A stretch of 64,000 bases of DNA from Carcharhinus longimanus (taxonomy: Eukaryota), in NCBI GenBank assembly GCA_030264375.1, contig JASCQW010000081.1:93422445-93486444 (forward strand), in the 5' to 3' direction. The notes under the pieces were generated by a model. That model was not told where the DNA came from, made no database searches, and saw nothing but the letters and a program-made list of their open reading frames with translations. Both the position numbers and the translations under genes were made by a program. Position 1 is the stretch's first letter. Each line of letters starts with the position of its first letter. Below, piece after piece: positions 1 through 12,200 of this stretch.

Positions 1-123
1 CCTGAAAACTGAAAAAAAAGTATACGTTCTAACCAGAAAACTTCAATTGTCAATGTTAGATGTCCATTCAACTGCAATATTCTAAAGTTTCCAAAGAAAA
101 CTGAGAGAATACCGTGTGTTCTG

Positions 124-197
124 TTACACGGAGCCGTAGATCACTTCTGTTTTATCGGACTGTGCGCTACACCAGGGTGTTCCTTTTGTTTTTGTCC
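124..197 (-). CDS. Probable last coding exon, GTKTKGTPWCSAQSDKTEVIYGSV* (ITIM consensus VxYxxV)
   Basis: Acceptor gtctttctatttaatataccAG at 198-199; a phase-1 entry keeps frame to TAA at 126-124; possible donor (ACG|GTattc) after 113. Confidence 0.68.
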
Positions 198-3100
198 CTG
201 GTATATTAAATAGAAAGACAACAAACTAGTATTCTCATTGGCTTAAAAAAATGCAGCTCCTGTTTTGTTATCAGTCAAAATAAACACTCCTCCATTTTTT
301 TAATCGATAAAAGAGAACAAATATTAGATACATCACCTTCATTCTTCAAAACCAGCAGTTTCTCTGGGAAAAATAATTGAAAACAAGAAAGAAGTGAAGT
401 CATGCAAAACATAACTCACGAAAATCATACCTTAAGTTCATGAAGTACATTTGAAAACAAATAATGATACCATTTGAAAGTAAACTGAATATTTCAAAGA
501 AAATCGATACGTCATTTTGTTCTCACCGATATCTTTCTGAATGCCTATTAATGTTTCTCGTTCTAAATTAAAGGCAAGTATAATTATGTTAGGTGACAGT
601 ATTATTTCAAACATTCTATTTCGCCTCCAAAAGTGAGGTACAGTTGACCAGGAAGGAAATCAAACAGAAAAACACGGTCTATAAAACACTTCTTTTTTCA
701 TAAATAGTGGCAAGCTGTATTTTTAAGCTACTTCCTAAAAAAAATACTTCTGAATCATTAAATTAATTTTTCTTTCTCTTCCTTCAATGCAATGGTTAGA
801 TTCCTGATAGACTGATTTGACTCAACTTCGTCTTTCACGACTCAGATTATAAACTATGGAAAGGTACTGGAATCTGTTGATCATTCGATCTAAACATAAG
901 TTACGTGCAAATTGGGAACTTGAATGTGCTGGAGATCCAGAGAACATATTTCAACATTATAACGAAAATATCTGTTCTGTGGAAATCATGCACATATCTG
1001 GGATTTCTTTTGGAGCCTGTTATTGACACCTGGAGTATTATGTACAGTTCTGGTCTCCTTATTTGAGAAAGGATACACTGGCACTGGAGGGCGTGCAGAG
1101 GTGATTCACGAGTTTAATTCCGGAGTTGAGAGGGTTGGCTTACGAAGAGAGGCTGAGTAGACTGGGGCTATACTCATTGGAATTCAGAAGAATGAGGAGA
1201 GATCTTATAGAAACATACAAGAATATGAAGAAAATAGATAAGGTAGTAGCAGAGAAAATGTTTCCACTGGCGGGTGAAACTCGCACTAAGGGGCATAGCC
1301 TCAAAATAAGGGAAGCATATTAAGGACTGAGTTGAGGAGGAACTTCTTCACACAAAGGATTGTGAGTCTGTGGAATTTCCTGCCCAGTGAAGCAGTTGAC
1401 GCAACCTCAATGAATGTTTTTTTTTACGGCAAGGATAGATAATTTTTTTGAACAATAAAGGAAATAAGATTATGTTGAGCGGGCAGGTAAGTGAAGATGA
1501 GTGCACAAGAAGATCAGGCATGATTTGACTGAATGACGGAGCAGGTTCGAAGGGCCAGATGGCCTACTCTTGCTTCTATATCAACCGATTCCCCTTCCAG
1601 GAAACGTTCAGGCAAATCTTATCAAATGAAGTAATAAGGGATGATTTACCAGTCTTGGCTTCACGAATCATTGACTCTACATCGATAAACACGAGAAAAA
1701 CAGTAATTTTAAAATTTACCGTGCTAATATTACGATCTTTAAATGACAAAAGCAGTAGGTTTCCATTTTCCTCCGACATTAATAACTAATTACCAATGGT
1801 TTATCAATGTTCTTATTCAATTTTCCATGATGTCTGAGAGAATTATAATTTAGCCCAACACGTCTCTCTGTGTGCCATACAATAGCCCACATTATTTGCT
1901 CAACTAACTGTAGAGATTTTGCCTGGCTAGTTAATGCTGCTGTAAATAGAATCCCCCAAATTCCAGAATGTTAAACAACTGCTTAAAAATGTGTTTTCCT
2001 GCAACTGATTTTGGTAAGCTAATATTTGAAATACTCGGATCATTTTCAATTCCCACCTTCAGAAACGATAAAGGTACATTAGGTGTGATATGTTAATTAT
2101 TCACAAGAGTGGTACTGGGTTGAGATTATGCATCATGCGAGTGTTAATCAATTCAACCTGAAGTTGCTGAAGTTCAGAATAATGAGCAGAGATCTCATGT
2201 AAACAGAAATTATTCCACAAGGGGTTTGACAGAGTTTGGGCGTGTAGCCACGTGCCCCAAGTTGACAATTTAGATCACTGCTGTGCAATCCCGTGAGTAC
2301 TGAAATTAGTCAACATTGGTTCCATCACGGAATTATGAATAATTTGATTAGTTATGTTTGATCCTTATTAGTGCAGGGAAGTCATTTTTTTTTTCTCTCT
2401 CTCTCACTGAAACACCAGACATGAGCACATGGCGTATAAGATGATTTCAAGTCGATGATCGATCTTCATATTCCTGAATTGCCAAGCTGAAATGAGATGA
2501 TGTACGGTTTGCCCTTGTTTGCATATATTATCCTTGGTTTTTGTTTTAATGTTATTTGGCGATCAACATGCCGATGACAGTAAAGTAGAGATTGCTACTT
2601 TTTTTCCAGTTGGAATTTATTTTTCAATACAATTGTGTGGTGTTCAACTGCTCGGCCCACGATATTGTTCAAATTTAGCAAATTGCATGCACCGAGAAAT
2701 TCAATATCTGAGACGTTAGAAGTGGAAGTGTTGACAAAAGTAAACAGGAATGACTGCAGCAGCTGCTGAGATTCTACGCCACTATCCTGCAAAAAACAAA
2801 TCTAAATTGCTGCAAAGGGACAGAAACGACTGGGTATTGTTTAGCATAGTAACAATCCTTTTTTTGGAAAATATAGCTTCAGTCATAGTAAATATTTTCT
2901 CAGGTGGCCATTGACATCCAATTCTTGATCAAATACTGACAGGATGTCAAATGGAGTTCTCCCTCTGCTTGAATGCATATCTTACTTTTCACAAAGTGTA
3001 CAAATGGTATTGTGTGAACGGGAGCTCAGTGAAGAATTGTGATTGATGACAATTGCCACTTCCATTCCGTATTATTTTATCCCATGGCACGTGTTTTTGC

Positions 3101-6100
3101 TTTGTTGCCCTACTTTTGATTATTGCTCTAATTTACGAAAAGTGCGTCTCTTCAAACAATGTGTTTGGATACATATTTTACGAACGTTTTTCCATGCAAT
3201 CAGTAAGGATAGGCAACAACACCTCTTCCAGGATCATCCTCAACATTAGTGCCCCACGAGGCTGTTTTCTCAACACCCTATGCTATTCTTTATTCACCAA
3301 TGACACTGACCAAATTCCCCAGCAACCCGATTTTCAACTTTGTTGACGGCATCACCATAGGTCATCGGATCTCAAAAAATGACAAGACAGATTACAGGAC
3401 CGAGATAGACAATGTGGTGGACTGGTGCGACGAAAATAATTTCTCCTTCAATGTCAAAAAAAAAACGAAGGAGACTTCTACTGTTTTTTGGAAGTGCAGA
3501 GGAGAACATGTCGCTGTCTACTTTAACGGGACAAAGAAGAAATGATCGACAGGTTCAAGTTTTTAGGCGTTCACGTCATCAATAATAAGTCCTGGTTCCC
3601 AATGCCGACGCAATAGTTAAGAAAGCCCACCAGCTCTTCGAAATTTTTCAGAAGATGAAGGACATTTGGTATGTCAACTACAAGTTTCACCAACTTTTAC
3701 AGATGCACCACAGAAAGTATTATTTTTTGTTGCATCTAGGCTTGTTATGAATATTGTCCTGCACAAGGCCGCAATAAACTACAAAAAAACTAGTGAGTAT
3801 ATTCCAATCCATCAGGCAAACTATCCTCGCATCTTTTGACTCTGTGTACCCTTCTGGCTGCCTTGACAAAGCATCCAGCATAACCAACGCACACTGGGCA
3901 TTCTCTTTCATCCGAAAAAAATACAAAACTCTGAGATCACGTAACAACAGACTTAACAACAGATTATTTATTACCTGCTGTCATCAGACTTTTAAATTGA
4001 CCCACCTCGCATTGAGTTGATCTTTCCCTTCAACTAGCTGTGACTAACACTACATTCTGCAATCTCTCGTTTACTTCTCTATGAAAGTTATGTTTTGTCT
4101 ATATAATGCACAAGAAACAATAATTTTCACTGTATACTAATACATTTTACAATGATAAATCAAATCAATCCAGAAATGCTTTAATATTCCTTATGTTTGT
4201 GTTGTGTTTACACTCTTCGCAGGTCTAAATGTGAACGACGATATATTCCTCTATCAGAAGCATACTTGATATAAAGCAGTGTTGTTCTTTAGGTGCTCAC
4301 CTGAATACAATGCAAGAAACATACAATAATTCATATTTGAATGTGTGCAACGTTATTTACTTCTTGTTTCCCCCCTTGTGTAACTGTTCTAAATCTTTTG
4401 GCCGTCCTTTAACTATGTGTTTTCCCTGACTGTAACGGTAATACTCGTATCACAGAATGTGAATGCAAATGTACAGTAGAAAATCTCACAACACCAGGTC
4501 CAAGTCCAACAGACTTATTTGGAATTACGAGCTTTCGGAGCGCTGCTACTTCCTCAGCTGAGTGGAAAGATGGGTTCACAAACAAAACATAAATAGACAG
4601 AGAAGCAGTTGCAAGATAAAGTTTGGAATGCGATTCTTTTCCGGAAATCGTGTCCTTATAGATACAGACAATGTGAGTGGAGAGAGGGATAATCACAGGT
4701 TAAGAGGCTGTTAATTATCTCAGGCTAAGACGGTAAGTAGGATTTTGCAGGTCCAAAGCAAATGGTGGGGGCGAAATTGTGCGTGACATGAATGACTCCG
4801 TTTGAGGCTATCCTCATGCATGCAAAACTTGGCTAGACGAAATATACGTCACCACAAATGGCCCTGAGACTGGACATCCTTAGGCCTTGTTCATTGTGGC
4901 CGGGATTTCAATCAGGCCAACCTCAATGCATTCTACCAAGATACCATCAAGACATCTACTGTTCCACCGGGGGCCTAAATACCCCAGGCCTTTACGACTT
5001 AAAAAAATATAAAAAAAGTCTACTATGTATCATGCGACGCTGCCAATGTTGTCTGCATGAAAGGAAGTCCAGAGGTGTCTTACATCGGCAAGACCATGCA
5101 GCCGCCTCAAAGGATGAACAGACACTGCGCGACAATTGTCATGGAAGAGTGTTCCCTTCGAGCTGGGAAACACATCAACAGTATAAGGCATTCATGCTTC
5201 GATGTTCGAGTAAGTATTCTCCAAATTGATTGTCTTCATGACACAGGATAACGCAGAATCACTGAGCAGCAGCTGATAGCCAAGTTCTCACACATGAGGA
5301 TTGCCTCAACCGGGATCTTGGGCTCATGTCACACCACATGTAACACCCATCATTTAGCGTGGGAATGCAAAACCCTGCTAAATTCCCTGGCTGGTAACAA
5401 TTCTCTTCAGCATGTGATTATCTTTCTCTCTCCACTCACATTATCTATACTTGCAAATATGTAATTATCTGCAAAGACTCACATTCCAAATTTGATCTTC
5501 CAATTTCATCTCTATGTATATATGCCATGTTTATGAACCCATCTCTCCACACACCTGAGGAAGGAGCAGCATTTTGAAAGCTCGTGATTCCAAATAAACC
5601 CGTTGGACTTTAAACTGGTGTTATGAGACTTCTTACTGTGCCCACCCCAGTCCAACATAGTCATCTCCACGTCAATGCAATTGTAGTGCATACTCAAGTG
5701 TAACAACTTGCTCACATGAATCATTAAGAGCTATGCAACCTTGAAATCACGAGTAGCGAAACTTACGAACGAAAATTAAGTGCCAATACTTAAAGTGCAG
5801 TTTTTGTTTACAACTGAGCAGACAACATAAAATATTATGTTATTAAGTCAATCGGTAATAACAGTAACTACATGGAACTGTGTACAAAAATGATTGGTAT
5901 TGACTATAATGAAATGTGTTTTTTGCTTTCATTGCCTGTGGGAATCTGTTATCGGGAAATTGATAATGTAGACGCATTAATTGTCAAGTTGGATTCGAGA
6001 TTGTGATTGCCAGGGTGGATAGAGAGTGGTCTATATGATTTATGAACGATGTAATAGATTTACTATAATGGGGAATAAATGTGTCACCCTTACATTAGGA

Positions 6101-9100
6101 AGTAATCAAATGTTTGTTCCTTTACTTTCCAAAGAAAAGGGATTGACAGCTTGCTCCAGGGGAGTTACGAAAAGGCTTTGGGCGCAGGTTCAGTTATCGA
6201 AAGATGCAAGATCAATTAGAATTGTAAGAAATGTTTCTGTTATTAACTAACTGAGTAAGTAGACTGATTCTGTGACTGGACCTGACAGATGCAATTTAAT
6301 AATGTACATATGAATTGTATATTAGTGAATTGTGTTAATGCTTTATTAGCTCTATGAGAGCTATCTCAGAGGGTTCGCCTCCAGTCGTTTCTCTGGGGTA
6401 GTACACTCCAAATCTTGAATCACGAATACACGATTCTAACATGCCCCCGAGTTCCTTGTACTCAGCCAGAAGAAGTCAACCACAATAATGATATACTGAA
6501 ATGCTATCTGAATTAATGTTTGGTTTCTTTCTAATTAATTCTGATATGTGTACTCTTCGACATTTTGCCTTCTTTGACTTCACCTCAGCTCTTCTCCGTT
6601 TACTCACCATCATCTTTCTTATGTCCTTCAAGTTCTAAACAGCATAATAATTGTAATGATATGAAGACAACGACATGATGCACGTCAAACTTTTGAAATG
6701 ACAAGTTATTGGCATAGCTTATGCAGAGACTCTTCATGGATAACAACAGAAAACACACGGATACGTTGATTTATTAAATTCACATATTGCTTAGATTTGG
6801 ATCCTTCTGGATGATGCGGAAGTGTAAATGTCTTTACGGAGAAAATTCAGGTAATGCTGCAAACTAGTTTTGTTCTTATTGATTTCTGAGAAAGTGTCAT
6901 GTTGTCAATGCCACTCATCTAGTACTCGTCAAGAGGGATTCGATTGAATAACAAATGTCAAAAATTACATCAATTACCCTCCATAAAGAAAAGATACTGT
7001 TATTTTTAGGACAATTGATATTTCATTGATAATGGCAGAGCTATGGAGAATGCAACAATGAACAATTAAATGTCAAGCCTTTGTTGTAATTCGACACTAG
7101 CAGGCGAACGAAGGTTGGCGAGAGCATTGTCATGAGGAAATGACAGAACATATGCATGCCCCAGGAAACAGGAACAATGCATGGACATTTTATTTGTAGT
7201 CGCAAACAACAGGCTCTCTTGTGACTGAATGTTTGTTGCTTCAACTGTGTAAGCTAAAAGCCATGCACACCCGACTGATAACCTTCAAATGTTTGTCAAT
7301 ATAATTCAGTGGTGATCATTATAATGCAGTCGGTGTTGACCAATTGTGCAAGCAGTTGTAATGTCGGGCATTGCGTTTCGGATTTTTCAATCATTTACAG
7401 GTTGGATGTGCTGATTATTTCACTACTGCGAACCACCGTATCTGTGTGTTCCCCCAGTCAACTGAACGCACAACCTATGCAGCTGGCAGCGTAGGAATAA
7501 TGATCTCCCTATACAGTACTCGTTTGCCTGGTAAGGTGAATGCCGTTTTGTTTGCTGTTGCTTTCCTGTTAGAGGGCAAACCCTCCTTCAATATCTTTCC
7601 AAACAACGATGGCAATTTCGGAATGAATTGTCACATAGATCACGAGTCATTTGTTTCCTCGGAGCGCATTTTATATTTTTGGTAGTTCCATTTTAAATAA
7701 TAATGGAGGTTGTGCCATTAAGCGCTTCCACGGCTAAATTAGGCACATGATCGATATGGAGGAAACTCAACATTGTTGTTGTCGGGGTTAATTTGATGTG
7801 CAGTAAATGCCAACATCAAATCCTCACTGTCCTTTCAAAGGAATGCAGTGTTAAAGGGTCGAAGTTATTTTTATTTGATTGCTCGTCTCTGTTTCCTTAG
7901 TGTTACCACCTATATTTAATAAGAAATGTCGGTATTCCGACACGCTATCGCGGAAATGAATTTACCTTCAGTTTTCTTTTGCAGCCGCCATTCTGTTGAA
8001 CAGGAAATGATCCAGAACTAGGGTTACTTAAAAAAAAGTGCATTGTTCAAGTCCTTGGGATAAATTGCTGGTCTGTCACATTTCTTTGCACTTGTTTTTT
8101 TTTTGTTTTGTTTTCAGTACTAGAACTTTGTCGGCTTCCATGGTTATTGTTGTATATGTTCACATATTTAACAAAAGAAACTTTTTTTCTCCCCTAGTTC
8201 ACCAATTTGCATCGTTTTGCCTCTGTGAATACACTCCAAACTTTGACTTAAAACACCATGTATTTAACTACATATTCCAAGATGCGACTTCAGTAGCACA
8301 GTGCCGGTGTTCTTCAACCATCTGTTCAGCTAAAGCGCTGGTTCTTCTCCTCGGTGAACATAGTTTATATAGCATCGTTTTGACATAAAAGAGGAACGGA
8401 GTTTAACAGACACTGCTTTATCACGAACATACTAATAATTGAAAGACCATTATTTTGACGATAATTAGTTGTTGCATTTGAATCCAGTTTTGCAGATCGC
8501 CAGAATTTTGACACTGTGTAAGTAATGCCTCCGGCAGTTGCTTATGTTGAGGTACTTTATTGAGAAGAGTAAGAGAAACATTATTTTCCATTTCTAGACA
8601 CTGTGGTTCAAATCACATGTCTTTTTTTCTTTTCTCCAAAATCAATCATAAACTGTCTCTGATTTGAATTACTTTAGTTATTGTTAGCACAAATGTACCG
8701 TGTTAAAGGTAAATGTTGCACAGATCTGTCGTGTCCTCCTTGGTTGTGACATATCTGAATGCCTTTGAATAAAAGCAAGATGAAGAAATGTCCATGTGTC
8801 GTGGCTATTTATTTCACTTTGCTTTTCTTCTCGAAACATGGCTTAAAATTCGTGAATTATTCACATATACCTGACGTCCAATATTACATGAATGATTGGA
8901 GAAAGCGTCAAGGTAAATAACCACGTGTAATGAATGTCATACTGAGTTAGGAATACGATTGTTAAGTGAATCAGTGAACGAAATTAATCTGCAATTCTGC
9001 ACCCATATCCATATAAATTGATAACACAACTGTAATTTAATTTGTGTTGGATATGAATATAAAGAAACATTAATGTTAGCGAGTTCCCTCATTTATTCGT

Positions 9101-9196
9101 CATGAACTATTTCATTGCATCAATTAGCAATGGCAGAGGATTATACATTATAAGACAAGGTGAACACGGTGTGTTGAGAAATATCCATTTTGTTGT

Positions 9197-9240
<44 letters not shown>

Positions 9241-12200
9241 GGCTTACTTACTTACCACAATCTTGTAGTTTGTCATTAAGTTTATCGATTTCTAAAAGAA
9301 AAACGTACTTGATCTTTCATTATGGTTATACGCGCTGTATCACAATTGCAACTATTACTTTTCACCTCAGCAGCTGGTGCACAGGAGAACTGATGTCACT
9401 AGAACGTTGTTTTTTTTTCTAATGAATTAATATGACAATAATGTTCTGCAGTTCCGTTTAACGGAACAAAATTGATAAACTCATATTTCTCCAAGCTATA
9501 ATGCACATGATATGCATATTCCAAATCACTAAGCTTCTCTAAGTTAGATAGAAATCGCCTTACTCTCCACATCACTCACATTCCCAGCAAACTTTTTGCC
9601 TTCGCGAAACGTGGACAAACTAAGTTTGATTCCCTGATCTAAATCATGAAAGTACATTTTGAGTAGCTCTGTGCCAACAACTCATCACTACGTGGCCAAA
9701 ATATTCACCGTCTGGCAGGTAGAAATAATATTTCTTTATCATTTGTGTTGCTTACTAATCCATTCTCAACCCATATCCATATGTTAGGCCCAACTTGGTG
9801 CATTTCAATGTTGCTAAAAACAAAATGATCAGAATTTTTTAATGAACTGTCTTTAAAAAAAGCATACCAAATCCTCTAGTTAGCTTTACATACTGTACGA
9901 ACTGAATCCTCCAAACCTCTAGTAGGATCGCAGTTCTCGGTTTCACTGAATTAATTCCATGTTGATTTTGCCTATTTGCTCGAGAGTTTCTTAGAAAACC
10001 TCATCCAGACTAGGAAATTTAGCCCCATACTCAGTCCTCAGCTGCTGTCAGACTTTCTTAGATTTCCCAGCATTTGTTTCAGCATTGCTTTAATTCCCAG
10101 CATGTGCAGTATTTTTTTTTTACTTGCGTTTCTTTCAATGTCCTCATAGAATATTCTTTACAATAGTGTCCCATATTTCCCAATTATTGAGTTCAGCCAT
10201 CAAGTCCATAATTCTCAGTTTTCTCCCGCCACTCTTCATAAGTCAAGTAGTTAATTTTGCCATTGATCCGAAGCCGTTGGAGAGATTCTAGAATCGCTCC
10301 AATCTTTGTAAGATGATAACCGACACTTTCAGAATTTCCAGTCTTAGCATCCTTCCATTCAATTGATCAGGTCCTTTGCCCTTTGGAATTACTGACGTTC
10401 TGGTTAATTCATTTCTGAAGCACTATATTTGTAGTAATCATAATTTCCTGCAATGTCTCCTTCGCGTGCACACTCGTTCACTTGCATTTATGTTAAGTTA
10501 TGTGCATCTTCAGCCACACACAAAAAAGCTTCTGTATTTTCGTAGTTTCCTTGTTTTGGCCATGTATTCACCAGATTCTGTTTAAAGAGGATCTGCAGTT
10601 GTATTCATTACTTTTGTTTTCTTATTTTCTGTATGCTTATAGCAGCTCCTGGAATCCACTGTAACTTAATAAATCAAACAATATCGGACGGTTTTCATTA
10701 AAAAAAAAAGTTGTTGGGAAAGAAAGCTCAAAATTTCTTACTGCATCCTTGCAGACAGAAACCAAATTATCGCTTCCAGTCCTTGTGACTCCACTGAACG
10801 ATTTACATAAAAATGCTGTTGTTAAAAGTGCATGCACTTTGAACAGTCACAATAGTTTTAAGAAAAGAGAAACGAATATATTGTAAGAATTAATCGGAAT
10901 CGGTTATATATTATCCGTATTGTTGGTTGAAAACTATGTTTGTATGAAATTCAAGTGCGAAAAATCTATAATTGTAGTTTTCACGTTGACTTGACGAATG
11001 TGTGAGAAGGTAAGGAATTATTCATTAAACTTTGTTTTAGGGTAACATTGTGTTATTCAGTGAATAAGGCGTTCTCGCTATGTGTTTATGTGGGCACGAT
11101 TTGACGTTGTGCTTAATGAGCTTGAACAGAAATATGATTCAAGTCTATATTTAGAGCCTGCAAAACCAATATTCCAATGTGTTATTCCTGAGCCACAAGC
11201 AAATTGGTAGAGATAATGATTTCAAAGAGTTTGGTCCGTGACACTTCGAGCACGGAAAACAGTTCTGGGGAACATAGAACAATTATTTTAGGATGAGCTT
11301 CACCTGAAGCGAGCTTGACTTAATATCTTGGACAATTTTACAGATTGAGTATAAATGGGTCCTTCACTAATTAGTATATAGAAGACACAATATCCGGTTT
11401 AAGCTGATGGAAATGTTGCACGTAAATGAAAAGATAAACAAAATGAATTCAGAGCGATGATGTGGCTAATGACAGTGTGGCACAGCGTGGAAGAACTATT
11501 ATTGGGTAAATATGTAGGGATATGGGGGTAGGACCTGGATGGGATTGTGGGCGATGCAACTGGATGGGTCGAATACGATTTCTACGATTCTACAATTTAA
11601 TTGTAGCCGGAAAAAACATAAGAAATATACGCAGTGGCAATCTGCGAAACTGAACAATCCATTAGGTGAAGATTAAATAGTTCAAAGACAAAGAAAAACA
11701 CGCTGGTCAAAATTATGTGTAGGCACTCTTTACCCGATGAAGTATAAATCAAGGCATGACGATAGCGTGTAATAATGCATGCCGATAATGATCGATACCT
11801 ATTTGACCAATATTGCTCGAATAACGAAGTCACTCACTGTATATTGTAACTCCGAAAGTTCAAACTTTAAACTTCACACTTTAAATCGACAAAGGCATGG
11901 ACAATATGCAGCCTTCGGATGTGGACATTGCACAATTCGCTTGACAGTTATTGACCATCTCCAATATCACTGCATCTAACCATTCTCCCTTGGAATTCAT
12001 TGAATTTACGATAGCTAATTACATAACGATCAACGCCCAGAACATTTCCATTGAAAATGAACTAAACTGCAATGAACATATATTTGAAATCGGTTCAAAT
12101 CATGGGAGGGGCTAGGATTTTGGAGCGATTCATTCAAAATCTGACTCCCGGAAATCTGCAAAAAATTTAAAAGTTACAAAGCGCTTGGTCATTGGTATGG

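Noticed and set aside
2536-2575. GGTTTTTGT nonamer; scattered CACAGTG/CACTGTG heptamers elsewhere
   Set aside because: No heptamer-12/23-nonamer pairing was found, so there is no evidence for V(D)J segments.
2595-2810. Strong minus-strand acceptors and a 65-aa ORF
   Set aside because: Stops in phase 1; no recognisable protein.
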